49,528 nucleotides of DNA from a virus. Lineage: Duplodnaviria > Caudoviricetes. The stretch's first letter is position 1, and every line of letters begins with the position of its first letter. The stretch lies in the IMG/VR virus record IMGVR_UViG_3300025110_000022, positions 1 through 49,528 of that record. One strand, written 5' to 3'. Below, one piece after another: positions 26,001-33,826 of the stretch. Position numbers and translations under genes: made by a program. The notes under the pieces were generated by a model. The model had not been told where the DNA came from, made no database searches, and saw only the letters and a list, made by a program, of their open reading frames with translations.

Positions 26001-28052
26001 TATTTTGTTTTTGATTATGAGGTAGAAGTTTATGAGACTGCATTGGGATATTCTTATGCAAAAGGAGATGATACTATCAAGACTAAGTGGTATAAGTTAA
26101 GGAAGATAAAATATGTAACGGGTACTAAAGATTTTGTTAATGGTGAGGTTGTTACTAAGTGGATGAGAGATTATGAGGGTAGATTATATGAAATGCATAT
26201 AACAGTCTGTACTTATGATGATGACAAGATAGAGGTTAATGGTCATGGACTTGCAACTAACTCAGAAGTTCAGGAAGTAGTTAAGACAGCCTTACCATGT
26301 AAACCACCTATTACATCTGATAAGTTAGCAGACTATTACCCAGTCAGATGGTATCGTGAGAAGACTGTTGTTCCAACAACTACTCGCATTACAAAATCTA
26401 ATAAAACTTTACCTGTTAATTTTGCTGGATTAAATCCTGCAAATAATCCTATTAATGTTGCAGCAGGTGGAAAGAGTTTGTTGTTAAAGGATGGTCATGG
26501 TCAAGATACTAATGCAACTTTTAGTGTTACTGGTGGAAATGCGAAATTTACTGGTACTGGTACGTCTGTAGAAGGAAGTGGTCAATCTACTTTTACTTTG
26601 ACATGGAATGATAATCCAGGAACTGCGGGACAAGCAGTTGGTAGTATCAATTTTGGGGGTAAGACTTGGACGCAAACAGGTAGGAGTGGGTCTTTAACTC
26701 AGACTGTTAACCTTGGTAAGCAGCTAGAAACTAAAATAGAAGTAGAGGATGTAAGTAAAACTGATGATATCTATACTAAAGAATATGTTCAAGGGGAAGG
26801 ACATATTCCTGGGACAGAAAAGAACTTACTTGTCAAGGAAATTGTTAAAGTATACAATTCATTTGGTTCTAAGAAGTATGGTTATGCTTACAAGCAGGGT
26901 TATTTTCAAGGAAGAATGCATTCTGATAGGAGTGGTTTAAATTATTGGGTTAATGAATATATTAAAAGGTTGAGGGATATGAGAAGAGGTATAACTTGTG
27001 AGACAGAAGAGTATGAAGTTAAGCAATCTACTGCAGGTAAACCAGTTGCAGTTAACTTTAAGGTTAAAACTGCATCTTACTATGCTGATAGTGTAAAGAT
27101 AGAAGGTTTGGATATTAATATAGGGAAAGAACTTGGAGCAAATAAAGATATTAAGGAGAGTGTTACAAGACAAGTTGAGTATGGAAAGGTTTATGTCGTG
27201 ACATTTAAGAGTATTCAAGGTGTTGAACGGTTAAGAAATAAAGGTGATAATATTATTGAGATGGAAGATCTTCCACCAGGTCAGAAACAATCAATTTATT
27301 ATGATGATATAGTTATTGAATCTAGTATAGGTAAGTTCTATAATATACAGGGAAATACTTGTAGTTTTAGAGTGGATGCTGTTTCTCTTCCTTCTATCAA
27401 AAAGAAAAGGATTAAAAAGACAACAGCTCTTAGTGAGGTTGAATATCTAGGATATAAAAATAATTTAAATCAAAAACCTGAACCTAATGCATTCAAATGT
27501 GTAAAGGATACTATACTTCGTGCTGCTAAAATTAATTTTGAGAAGTATGGTAAAGTAATTAAGGAAGAAAAGTATTGTGACTGGGCTACACAGTATGTTG
27601 AGGAGGTTAGGACAACCTTTAAACCTACTGGTACTTTGGGATATATACTTCCTTGTGGTGGAGAGATAACTGCACCTCCTGGTGGTGATGAACCAACACC
27701 TATTGAGACTGAACCTAAGATAATTGTACCTAAGACAGTTGAAATTGTTTCAACTGGTATAGGATATACTGATGGAGATGTGGTTAAAATTAATGGTAAA
27801 ATTGTTCCCTTTGATATTGATCCTGATGGTAGAATTATTACTTGTGGTCCACCACCAAAAGACCCAGTATTTGATTATCCTATTGTAGAGATAGATAGTC
27901 CTACAGGTTGTGGTGCTGACATTGAATTGACACTAGAAGCAGTTCCTGTTACATCAGATCTCTTAACACCAGATGGTGAAGCAGTTCTTCCTGCTAATAT
28001 TGTTGAAGTTGTTGATTGTGTCGGTAAAAACATTTTTATTAAGGAGAGTTAG
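23031..28052 (+). CDS. Baseplate hub/spike gp5-like protein with large insertions
   Basis: N-terminal gp5 OB-fold motifs (FTWWLGQV, RVKVSILGWH, LPWA, GEWVFGFFLDG..QQPII.G); V..GG.G(F/Y) repeats. Confidence 0.8.
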   Translation: MIDESLAKKYSIGQDGFTWWLGQVCESETWLANYPDLPRKEKNELPGFKRRVKVSILGWHSTDKNELKNEELPWAYCLLPVTAGGGFGGLGESVNLSGGEWVFGFFLDGSDGQQPIILGILDKSTQEDYRNEIPGERYEPFSGYTNKRVVPLENIKTDDAVEKEAVGEADVSEGDTGVKRTKTNPKECTWIEQGSGGETYVKSNVTNVDNLKATGDMLRADNSECSNPMAFADRAMKRLSNLKTLHKKYDGYMIDKGMNMISDDLMKLEEEYCADAVATSQGLIQSKVEAKTLEAASKTMSKVAMFAPLSEMVKANVANEEASNQIITEFNKIKSKLPSESMGFVKEMASKIISQPPCVVESYMGSLTGKSLGSIDANMNKMMGSVNNVISSIDKLGSLSKMGLGSAGSLGSMLSEGLNAFGGISIDMDGISKFTTSYKKLLPGETSLPCPKGVDFNMLDGGAPIPPSQTKLGNMLENVASSVAAAGQLDAGIGNFMKNNSLFSTALTLDNVSLGDVGGMGGLTDVLDKAKNLDGFKNLPGTTGESIIEATKSLLGGGGSVDSAIIAANTLFPGGGDVVKAAFSDQLQGQRSPGNSCETGPTLNGPPLVKIFGGSGNGCTANAVIGPNGNILAIDVTRGGKGFNEVPFVAVVDSSGKGSGSIVKASVGYGGSITDISVVSPGFGYTSTPDGGVGGNGRTFAEGDGTVLKDREGNYYSFVPGTGIKIPPGGTVYLPTGSKVELPTSALTTDGNPVFDSNQKEPGKIKSVQVNLRKAFKGFGKVTDGSVEGAGPILSIRDAVTDRKISNLIEVQTGRPFNIDYVKPDILKEYSKKNILAKEGRTEEFEELTSFGVKGVDPKSTDEEWVKQQYHFLFCREPDAGGYRHWLGDLKKGATRAQVLRNMKIATTEYEDRQAKIKSGEVDPEKCKFRWRKVKRDIPPVINNYSILDPWIANLAAGTILTFRGVYNHHEPLTAAQLEDPYDLTRGNYRYFVFDYEVEVYETALGYSYAKGDDTIKTKWYKLRKIKYVTGTKDFVNGEVVTKWMRDYEGRLYEMHITVCTYDDDKIEVNGHGLATNSEVQEVVKTALPCKPPITSDKLADYYPVRWYREKTVVPTTTRITKSNKTLPVNFAGLNPANNPINVAAGGKSLLLKDGHGQDTNATFSVTGGNAKFTGTGTSVEGSGQSTFTLTWNDNPGTAGQAVGSINFGGKTWTQTGRSGSLTQTVNLGKQLETKIEVEDVSKTDDIYTKEYVQGEGHIPGTEKNLLVKEIVKVYNSFGSKKYGYAYKQGYFQGRMHSDRSGLNYWVNEYIKRLRDMRRGITCETEEYEVKQSTAGKPVAVNFKVKTASYYADSVKIEGLDINIGKELGANKDIKESVTRQVEYGKVYVVTFKSIQGVERLRNKGDNIIEMEDLPPGQKQSIYYDDIVIESSIGKFYNIQGNTCSFRVDAVSLPSIKKKRIKKTTALSEVEYLGYKNNLNQKPEPNAFKCVKDTILRAAKINFEKYGKVIKEEKYCDWATQYVEEVRTTFKPTGTLGYILPCGGEITAPPGGDEPTPIETEPKIIVPKTVEIVSTGIGYTDGDVVKINGKIVPFDIDPDGRIITCGPPPKDPVFDYPIVEIDSPTGCGADIELTLEAVPVTSDLLTPDGEAVLPANIVEVVDCVGKNIFIKES

Positions 28053-28054
28053 TA

Positions 28055-28792
28055 ATGTCAGGTAGAAAACCAGCAGGATTATTTGGATTAAATATTTTCT
28101 TTGCGTGGAGTAAAACAGGAGCTGATGGAACTATTTCTATAGGTGGTGTCTCGCAAGATAAGGTGAGACATGCTGTACGTTTACAAAATAAGTATGATCC
28201 AGATCATTATGTTTCATTAGATTCTAGTGGTCCCAGGATATCTACTACTACAATAGAGTCTCCTAAAGGAATTACCATCAAGACAGGACAGAAGCAAGAA
28301 CTTACTGGTGCTTCTACTCTTTCTATTATGGTAGAGAAAGGTAATTTGGATATTGAGGTAATGAATGGAGACTTTAATGTAACTGCAGATAATTTTACTT
28401 TTAAAGCACCTAAGTTAAAATTAGATTCTAATGGTAAGGTTGTTACAGGTAATGTAAGTTTTGATAGTATAAATTCTTTTGATGTTAAATCACCTACTAT
28501 TAGAATTGATGCAAACAAGTTACTTGACCTTTCTAGTAATAATGTGCTAAGATTGTTTGGTGATCGCACCACTGAAATAATAAGTGGTATTTGTTCCATG
28601 CAATCTTACAGTACTAGAACGGGTGCTCCTCCTGATTTATTTGACAATAGGGAGGAGAATAAAAAAGCACCAGGTGATAATAGTCAAGAATATACTGGAG
28701 AATCTCAATATCAATCTGTAGAACAATATAATGCTTTGTCTAAAGAAGAACAAGCAGCTCAAATGAACCCACAGTACACCCCTCCTAAGTAA
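28055..28792 (+). CDS. Structural protein, probable gp5 C-terminal beta-helix-like
   Basis: Repetitive beta-strand pattern; directly follows the gp5-like gene. Confidence 0.55.
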   Translation: MSGRKPAGLFGLNIFFAWSKTGADGTISIGGVSQDKVRHAVRLQNKYDPDHYVSLDSSGPRISTTTIESPKGITIKTGQKQELTGASTLSIMVEKGNLDIEVMNGDFNVTADNFTFKAPKLKLDSNGKVVTGNVSFDSINSFDVKSPTIRIDANKLLDLSSNNVLRLFGDRTTEIISGICSMQSYSTRTGAPPDLFDNREENKKAPGDNSQEYTGESQYQSVEQYNALSKEEQAAQMNPQYTPPK

Positions 28793-29557
28793 ATGACTCA
28801 CATTATTGACAGTGCATTAATCACTAAAGACTTAGTAGTTGGAGGTGGAACAGCACAAGACCCATCAGAACAGATTGCTATTGGTCCAGGGAATGATTTA
28901 TTACATGGTAGTGCTGATATTTCAGGTGTAGTTCATATTGGTGCTGAAGCATTTGAAAAGGGAGAATCTACCCTGATGGTTGCTACCAGTCATCAGCAGC
29001 AAGGTTCTAGAGCTTTGAATGTTAAAGGTAACGCAACTATTACTGGTGCAGACCCTTACCCTCTTATAGTTGGAGGTAATGCTCTATTCCTTCATCCAAA
29101 TATTGGTGATTTGTCTACTAGGTTTAATGCTGCTGATAGTAGACCAAAACCATTCGATATGAAGCATCCCACTGAGGGTGAAGGGTATCGTTTAAGGTAT
29201 GCATGTATTGAGGGACCTGAAGTCGGTGTATATTTTAGGGGAAGGTGTAGAAATAAGAAAGAGATTATGTTACCTTCTTATTGGAAGGACTTAGTGCATG
29301 AACATAGTATTTCAGTACAACTTCAACCTATTGGAGCACATCAGGATATTATTGTAAAGAGGTGGGATAAAGAAAAAGTATATCTTCAAGCGAATGGTGG
29401 ATTACCTATTGATTGTTTCTATCATGTGTATGCAGAGAGGAAGGATGTTAATCCTTTGATTACAGAATATAAAGGTAATAGTTGGGAAGATTATCCTGAT
29501 ACATTAGAATATGATGATCCTCAATACAGTGGGGTTGTCAATACGAAGACTAAGTGA
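28793..29557 (+). CDS. Structural protein with a C-terminal chaperone-like domain
   Basis: KPFDMKHP...LRYACIEGPE..VYFRG...LP.YW motif, common at phage fibre C-termini. Confidence 0.65.
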   Translation: MTHIIDSALITKDLVVGGGTAQDPSEQIAIGPGNDLLHGSADISGVVHIGAEAFEKGESTLMVATSHQQQGSRALNVKGNATITGADPYPLIVGGNALFLHPNIGDLSTRFNAADSRPKPFDMKHPTEGEGYRLRYACIEGPEVGVYFRGRCRNKKEIMLPSYWKDLVHEHSISVQLQPIGAHQDIIVKRWDKEKVYLQANGGLPIDCFYHVYAERKDVNPLITEYKGNSWEDYPDTLEYDDPQYSGVVNTKTK

Positions 29558-29581
29558 TATAATAATTATATCTGTTGGATT

Positions 29582-29803
29582 ATGATGAAACTTACTGGAC
29601 GTTTAAAAACTGGAAACCGTATTGTAATACCTGATGAAGTAAATCCAGAATCAATTGTGGTTCATCTAACACCATATGGTTCTTGGCAAGAATTATATGT
29701 TAGTTCTGTTGATTATGGAAAATATATCAATGTGCTGTCTGGTTCAGGAAACAACGTAGATTGCTTCTACATTGTGGAAGCTGAAGAACTGTCACAGTCC
29801 TGA
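29582..29803 (+). CDS. Small protein paralogous to the C-terminal domain of 28793..29557
   Basis: GRL...I..P...SI.V.L.P.G..Q......DCFY.V.AE pattern is shared. Confidence 0.7.
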   Translation: MMKLTGRLKTGNRIVIPDEVNPESIVVHLTPYGSWQELYVSSVDYGKYINVLSGSGNNVDCFYIVEAEELSQS

Positions 29804-29832
29804 TTGACAAAATTGGGGTACTGCTGTAATAT
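29804..29832 (+). promoter_or_regulatory. sigma70-type early promoter
   Basis: TTGACA-N17-TAATAT. Confidence 0.8.
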
Positions 29833-29855
29833 ATAAGGATAATAAGAGATATCCT

Positions 29856-30053
29856 ATGGATGATGATGCTTGGTTGACTAGATGTGTGGTTAATACCACT
29901 GCTCGTTCATTTCGTCTCTATAGTAGTGACGGACATGAAAGAGAGATTTCTTGTGATACACCAGAAGAGTTCATGAATGTATTACAACTCTGTAGAGAAA
30001 TGTTAGACGAGGACACTCTCGCTTACACCAACCCTTTAGTTTCTAAATCATGA
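29856..30053 (+). CDS. Hypothetical cyanophage protein
   Basis: 65-aa ORF downstream of the promoter. Confidence 0.75.
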   Translation: MDDDAWLTRCVVNTTARSFRLYSSDGHEREISCDTPEEFMNVLQLCREMLDEDTLAYTNPLVSKS

Positions 30054-30451
30054 AAATTGCAATTGCTGCTATTATTGCCCTTGGTTCTGTTAGTCCTGCA
30101 TTAGCAGACTATCAACCAGGATATTCTTCAAGTCGTACTTGTTTTAAGACAGAGTATAGAGAAGAATATGTTCCTGGAACTCAAGATGATCCAGGATATG
30201 TTAAGTCTTGGAATGAAACATTAGAAGTTCCTTGTAATGCTGGAGAAAGAGCAGAAGGAAGGACATATCGCAGACATGTTACTGTCTATGAGAATGTAGA
30301 CACTAATGATTGTTCTGAAGGTACAGTAGCAGGTGGATTACTTGGTGGTGGACTAGCAGCATTTGGAACTCGTGGAAAAGATCGTTGGTGGACTATTCCT
30401 ACTGGTATTGTAGGTGGTGCTATGCTAGGGTGTGCTGTTGATGGAGGTTGA
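30050..30451 (+). CDS. Exported glycine-zipper (2TM) protein
   Basis: Signal peptide (SPALA|D) and C-terminal GTVAGGLLGGGLAA...GIVGGAMLG. Confidence 0.8.
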   Translation: MKIAIAAIIALGSVSPALADYQPGYSSSRTCFKTEYREEYVPGTQDDPGYVKSWNETLEVPCNAGERAEGRTYRRHVTVYENVDTNDCSEGTVAGGLLGGGLAAFGTRGKDRWWTIPTGIVGGAMLGCAVDGG

Positions 30452-30461
30452 TATATTATTT

Positions 30462-30533
30462 CGATTTTTGATTCCATTAAAGCCCGGAAAAAAATTCAGG
30501 GCATTTTTTGCCCTATTACTTTTTTAGAAAATG
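30462..30533 (+). repeat. Dispersed ~65-nt leader element, copy 2
   Basis: CGATTT..CATTAAAGCCCGGA7TTCAGGGCAT6GCCCTATTACT6AGAAAATG. Confidence 0.75.
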
Positions 30534-30674
30534 AAAGAAGATAAGTATTCTGATTTTTATCTGGAAATATGTGAATATTACGGATATGAGATAAAAGACG
30601 GTAATTTTATAAAATCAAAAAAACCAACAGAAAATTCATATTTTGAGAAATTAAGAAAAGTTGATTTATCTTAA
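30531..30674 (+). CDS. Small 47-aa hypothetical protein (MKEDKYSDFYLEICEYYGYE...)
   Basis: ATG sits at the same position in the repeat element as the ATG of 10608. Confidence 0.55.
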   Translation: MKEDKYSDFYLEICEYYGYEIKDGNFIKSKKPTENSYFEKLRKVDLS

Positions 30675-30730
30675 TAATCTCTTAATTAGCAAAAGTACCT
30701 ATATATAAAAGGATATAGTGTAATTTTCAG

Positions 30731-31288
30731 ATGAAGAAAATCTTATTGATTGCTTCATTATTATTTTTAGGTGCAAGTGGTGTAAAAGCTGATATTGTGC
30801 ATCGAATTTCTGCGAGTACTCAGCTGACGGTGGATGCCGCAGCTAGTAATGCACAGAGAATTGGAAGTAGTTATACCGTCCAAGGTACTAATATCACTGC
30901 TGGTACTATGGGTGGGTTAACAGCTCAAACTGGTGCTACAGCAGCTGCTGGACATACTGATGGTGTATATACTGTCACCACAGCTGGTGATGCATTCAGC
31001 CTTACTGAAAGCTTCACATTAGGCGATGCTACTAATACCATCGGTGCTGGTAGTGATGTCACAGCATATGTCTATACTGCTGCTGATAGTAGTGGAACTC
31101 CTTCTGCACAACAGACATGGGGTAACGTTACTGATTTACCAGCATTTGGTAATACTACGACGACAGCAGGCGGCTATACTGGTTCATTAGCTGGTACGAT
31201 TGCGACAGATGGAGCAATTACTTTAACAGCTGGTGGAAGTGGTACTACAGCTACTGGCCAAATCGTATCAGAGGTGACAATCAGGTAA
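30731..31288 (+). CDS. Exported Thr/Gly/Ala-rich beta protein
   Basis: Signal peptide MKKILLIASLLFLGASGVKA|D. Confidence 0.85.
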   Translation: MKKILLIASLLFLGASGVKADIVHRISASTQLTVDAAASNAQRIGSSYTVQGTNITAGTMGGLTAQTGATAAAGHTDGVYTVTTAGDAFSLTESFTLGDATNTIGAGSDVTAYVYTAADSSGTPSAQQTWGNVTDLPAFGNTTTTAGGYTGSLAGTIATDGAITLTAGGSGTTATGQIVSEVTIR

Positions 31289-31293
31289 TTAGT

Positions 31294-31767
31294 ATGAAGA
31301 GATTCTTTCTACTATTTTTGTTATTAATACCAGCAAAAACACTTGCAGTGCCAGTGGTCCCCAATTTTCAGCAGGGCTCGATGACGAGCCATACTGAGAC
31401 TGAATCCACAATAACTGAAACTATAAACTCAATTGATTACAGGACAGGATGGGAATACACAGTGACCGGGATGGGCATCGAGAACGATGGTGCGGCTTTA
31501 AATCCCACAGTCAATTCTACTCAAGTGACGATAACACCAGCAACGGCAACAACTGCCACAGAGGGGTCGGGAGTAACAGGAGCATTAACAAGTTCCTTCG
31601 ACTCATTAGATCTCTCAACAGCAGGAGCATTTACAATCTCCGAACCAGGAGGAAGTTTCCAATTTACTCAAAGTTATTCTGGGCCTGGGATGACCAACCA
31701 GACCATAATACAGAGAGTAACCGCCGTAACATCCGTCACCGATACAACAAGTACGTTTACGCAATAG
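31294..31767 (+). CDS. Exported Thr-rich beta protein
   Basis: Signal peptide MKRFFLLFLLLIPAKTLA|VPVVPNF. Confidence 0.85.
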   Translation: MKRFFLLFLLLIPAKTLAVPVVPNFQQGSMTSHTETESTITETINSIDYRTGWEYTVTGMGIENDGAALNPTVNSTQVTITPATATTATEGSGVTGALTSSFDSLDLSTAGAFTISEPGGSFQFTQSYSGPGMTNQTIIQRVTAVTSVTDTTSTFTQ

Positions 31768-32792
31768 GGGCTTCACTACTAACTGTAGTCAATCCCACCA
31801 TAGCATTAGCGGAAAGTGTTGGTGGAGTATCAGCAACTGCTAGCCCAATCGCTAATAGTTCTGGCTCGGTAACCAATCAAGCTATTCAGGTTTTACAAGG
31901 TCCTTACGTAACCAATACTTACGGGAATCAAATCTCGTGTCAGGGACCTACCTTTAACGCAACGCCATATATTCAATATAGCAATACTTGGAGTGATCCA
32001 TTTGAAAGGGTTTATTATGAACCTCAGTACAATAATATTGATGTTGAAGGTAAAACAGTAGAACAACAGGTTACTGTAAAGAATTATCCTTGGGAATCTT
32101 GGTATGATACTAGAGTAAGAACTGACCCCAATGATCCTAAGTATGATGAAGATGGGGATGGACTACCTGATAGGTGGTGGGAAGATGGTGCAGATATGGT
32201 TATTACACAGGATGTTGTAATTGGTGATGGAATTCCTGATAATCCAGGAGAAGTAATCTGGCAAAAACCAGTTCGTACTGAAATGAAGGCAAATAATAAT
32301 TTTAATTTAGGATTATCTGCTACATTTTCATTACCACTTGATAAGAAATTACAGAGGTTATGTAAAGAGGCAGCTACTACTCAGATAGAGCAACAACGTC
32401 AATTGACTGCAAATAAGCGGTTAGACTTTGAGATAGCCCGTTTGAAAAATTGTGGTGAATTAATGAAATCTGGGATTATGTTCCATCCCAAGTCACCTTA
32501 TGCTTCTATTTGTGCTGATGTGGTATTAGTAAATCCACCAGGAACTATTAAACCTCACGAGCATGATTTACCTCAACTTACTTTCCCTTCAGGAGACGAG
32601 CAGCCTTCACAGCAGCATTCGCCTCCTTCTGTTTCAGAATCCGTTCCTGTAGAGATAGAACCTTCTCCTTCTTCCCAAGAATCTTCTGAACTTTTGCCAT
32701 CACCTTCTTTATCGCAGGTTTTATCACCTTCAGGAGCAAATCTGCTAGGGGTTTGGCAAGTAGGGCGGATGAAGTCGCTACCACAGCAATAG
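31449..32792 (+). CDS. Exported / outer-membrane-like protein (start uncertain)
   Basis: Internal signal-like segment KYVYAIGASLLTVVNPTIALA|ES; amphipathic strand NFNLGLSATFSLPLD followed by a coiled helix; 4 Cys in the predicted mature part. Confidence 0.75.
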   Translation: MGIHSDRDGHRERWCGFKSHSQFYSSDDNTSNGNNCHRGVGSNRSINKFLRLIRSLNSRSIYNLRTRRKFPIYSKLFWAWDDQPDHNTESNRRNIRHRYNKYVYAIGASLLTVVNPTIALAESVGGVSATASPIANSSGSVTNQAIQVLQGPYVTNTYGNQISCQGPTFNATPYIQYSNTWSDPFERVYYEPQYNNIDVEGKTVEQQVTVKNYPWESWYDTRVRTDPNDPKYDEDGDGLPDRWWEDGADMVITQDVVIGDGIPDNPGEVIWQKPVRTEMKANNNFNLGLSATFSLPLDKKLQRLCKEAATTQIEQQRQLTANKRLDFEIARLKNCGELMKSGIMFHPKSPYASICADVVLVNPPGTIKPHEHDLPQLTFPSGDEQPSQQHSPPSVSESVPVEIEPSPSSQESSELLPSPSLSQVLSPSGANLLGVWQVGRMKSLPQQ

Positions 32793-33504
32793 AGGCTGTA
32801 GTTGTTACAACATTAGCAGAAGGTAAATATTTTTCTACAAAACCAATATCTTCCCATAGGGTTACGCAGATATATTCATCTGGATTTTTAGGATCCCGTT
32901 GTAATTCATATTCTTTAACTTTTTCTGTACCTGCCTGATTTAAGTCTCCAATACGCCTTGCATTGGGTGGAGGGCATGGTTGGTCCTCTGCAGTGTTTCC
33001 AGGGGTTACAGGGGGTTCTACCTCTGGTGTGATAGGTGGTTGAGGAGGATCGCCAGTATCAACTCCTCCTTGGTCATATTCTTGTTCTCCATAAACAGTC
33101 TGCCAATTTAATCTATTTGCTTCATAATTAACTGGATTGAAATATGGCATTCCTCCATCACATAGTACGACGTTTCCTTTTGGGTCGTCATTCATTAAAT
33201 TTTTATTTTCTGATACAACATTAACACCATTTTTCCTTCTGGCATTTTCTTTCTGCATTGCCACACAACCAGGCATATCCACGATTGGTTTACCAATTTG
33301 TACGGTGACTGGTACATCCATTTCACCCGTATATGGTGGATTAATCATCCATACACGTTTATCAGAAATTTCCATAATATTAGCAGAGTTGGTACTAACT
33401 ACGTAAACAGATCTAATATTTATACCATTAACACCAACATTAGGTACGTTGATACTATTGGTGTTTATATTACCAATACCTGCGTCATTAATTTCAGGAA
33501 TCAT
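32578..33504 (-). CDS. Hypothetical protein with a Pro-rich linker and C-terminal membrane anchor
   Basis: Cys pairs; hydrophobic ASIAVVATSSALLA followed by a basic tail. Confidence 0.8.
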   Translation of the reverse strand: MIPEINDAGIGNINTNSINVPNVGVNGINIRSVYVVSTNSANIMEISDKRVWMINPPYTGEMDVPVTVQIGKPIVDMPGCVAMQKENARRKNGVNVVSENKNLMNDDPKGNVVLCDGGMPYFNPVNYEANRLNWQTVYGEQEYDQGGVDTGDPPQPPITPEVEPPVTPGNTAEDQPCPPPNARRIGDLNQAGTEKVKEYELQRDPKNPDEYICVTLWEDIGFVEKYLPSANVVTTTASIAVVATSSALLAKPLADLLLKVIKPAIKKVMAKVQKILGKKEKVLSLQERILKQKEANAAVKAARLLKGK

Positions 33505-33761
33505 TATTTTTGAGGTAATTGGTTACGATAATCACCCTTAGGTTTTATTCCATTTACCGAACCAGTGGTTTTTGGCCATGCTTGGTAAAGGGCTTCTCTA
33601 ACTTCTTCCCTAACTATTTCTCGAAGTTCAGTTGCTTCTGCTTTTGCTCTTTTTTCTGGTCCTCCAGTGTAGTGATCAATTGCTTGATTACCCCCCATAA
33701 TTGACCCAGTTCCGAGAACTGCAACCGCTGTTCCAGCTGTTGCCATCTTTTGTATGTCCAT
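33504..33761 (-). CDS. Small membrane-anchored protein
   Basis: N-terminal hydrophobic segment; TAATG-coupled to the downstream gene. Confidence 0.75.
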   Translation of the reverse strand: MDIQKMATAGTAVAVLGTGSIMGGNQAIDHYTGGPEKRAKAEATELREIVREEVREALYQAWPKTTGSVNGIKPKGDYRNQLPQK

Positions 33762-33764
33762 AGC

Positions 33765-33772
33765 TATAAATA
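33765..33772 (+). promoter_or_regulatory. T4-type late promoter
   Basis: Perfect TATAAATA upstream of the 1957-aa structural gene. Similar (A/C)ATAAATA motifs precede 42021, 42680 and 47456. Confidence 0.75.
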
Positions 33773-33826
33773 GGCACCCCTTATATTTACTAAATAAAAT
33801 ATAGCAAATACCTGGTTATAAAGAAG

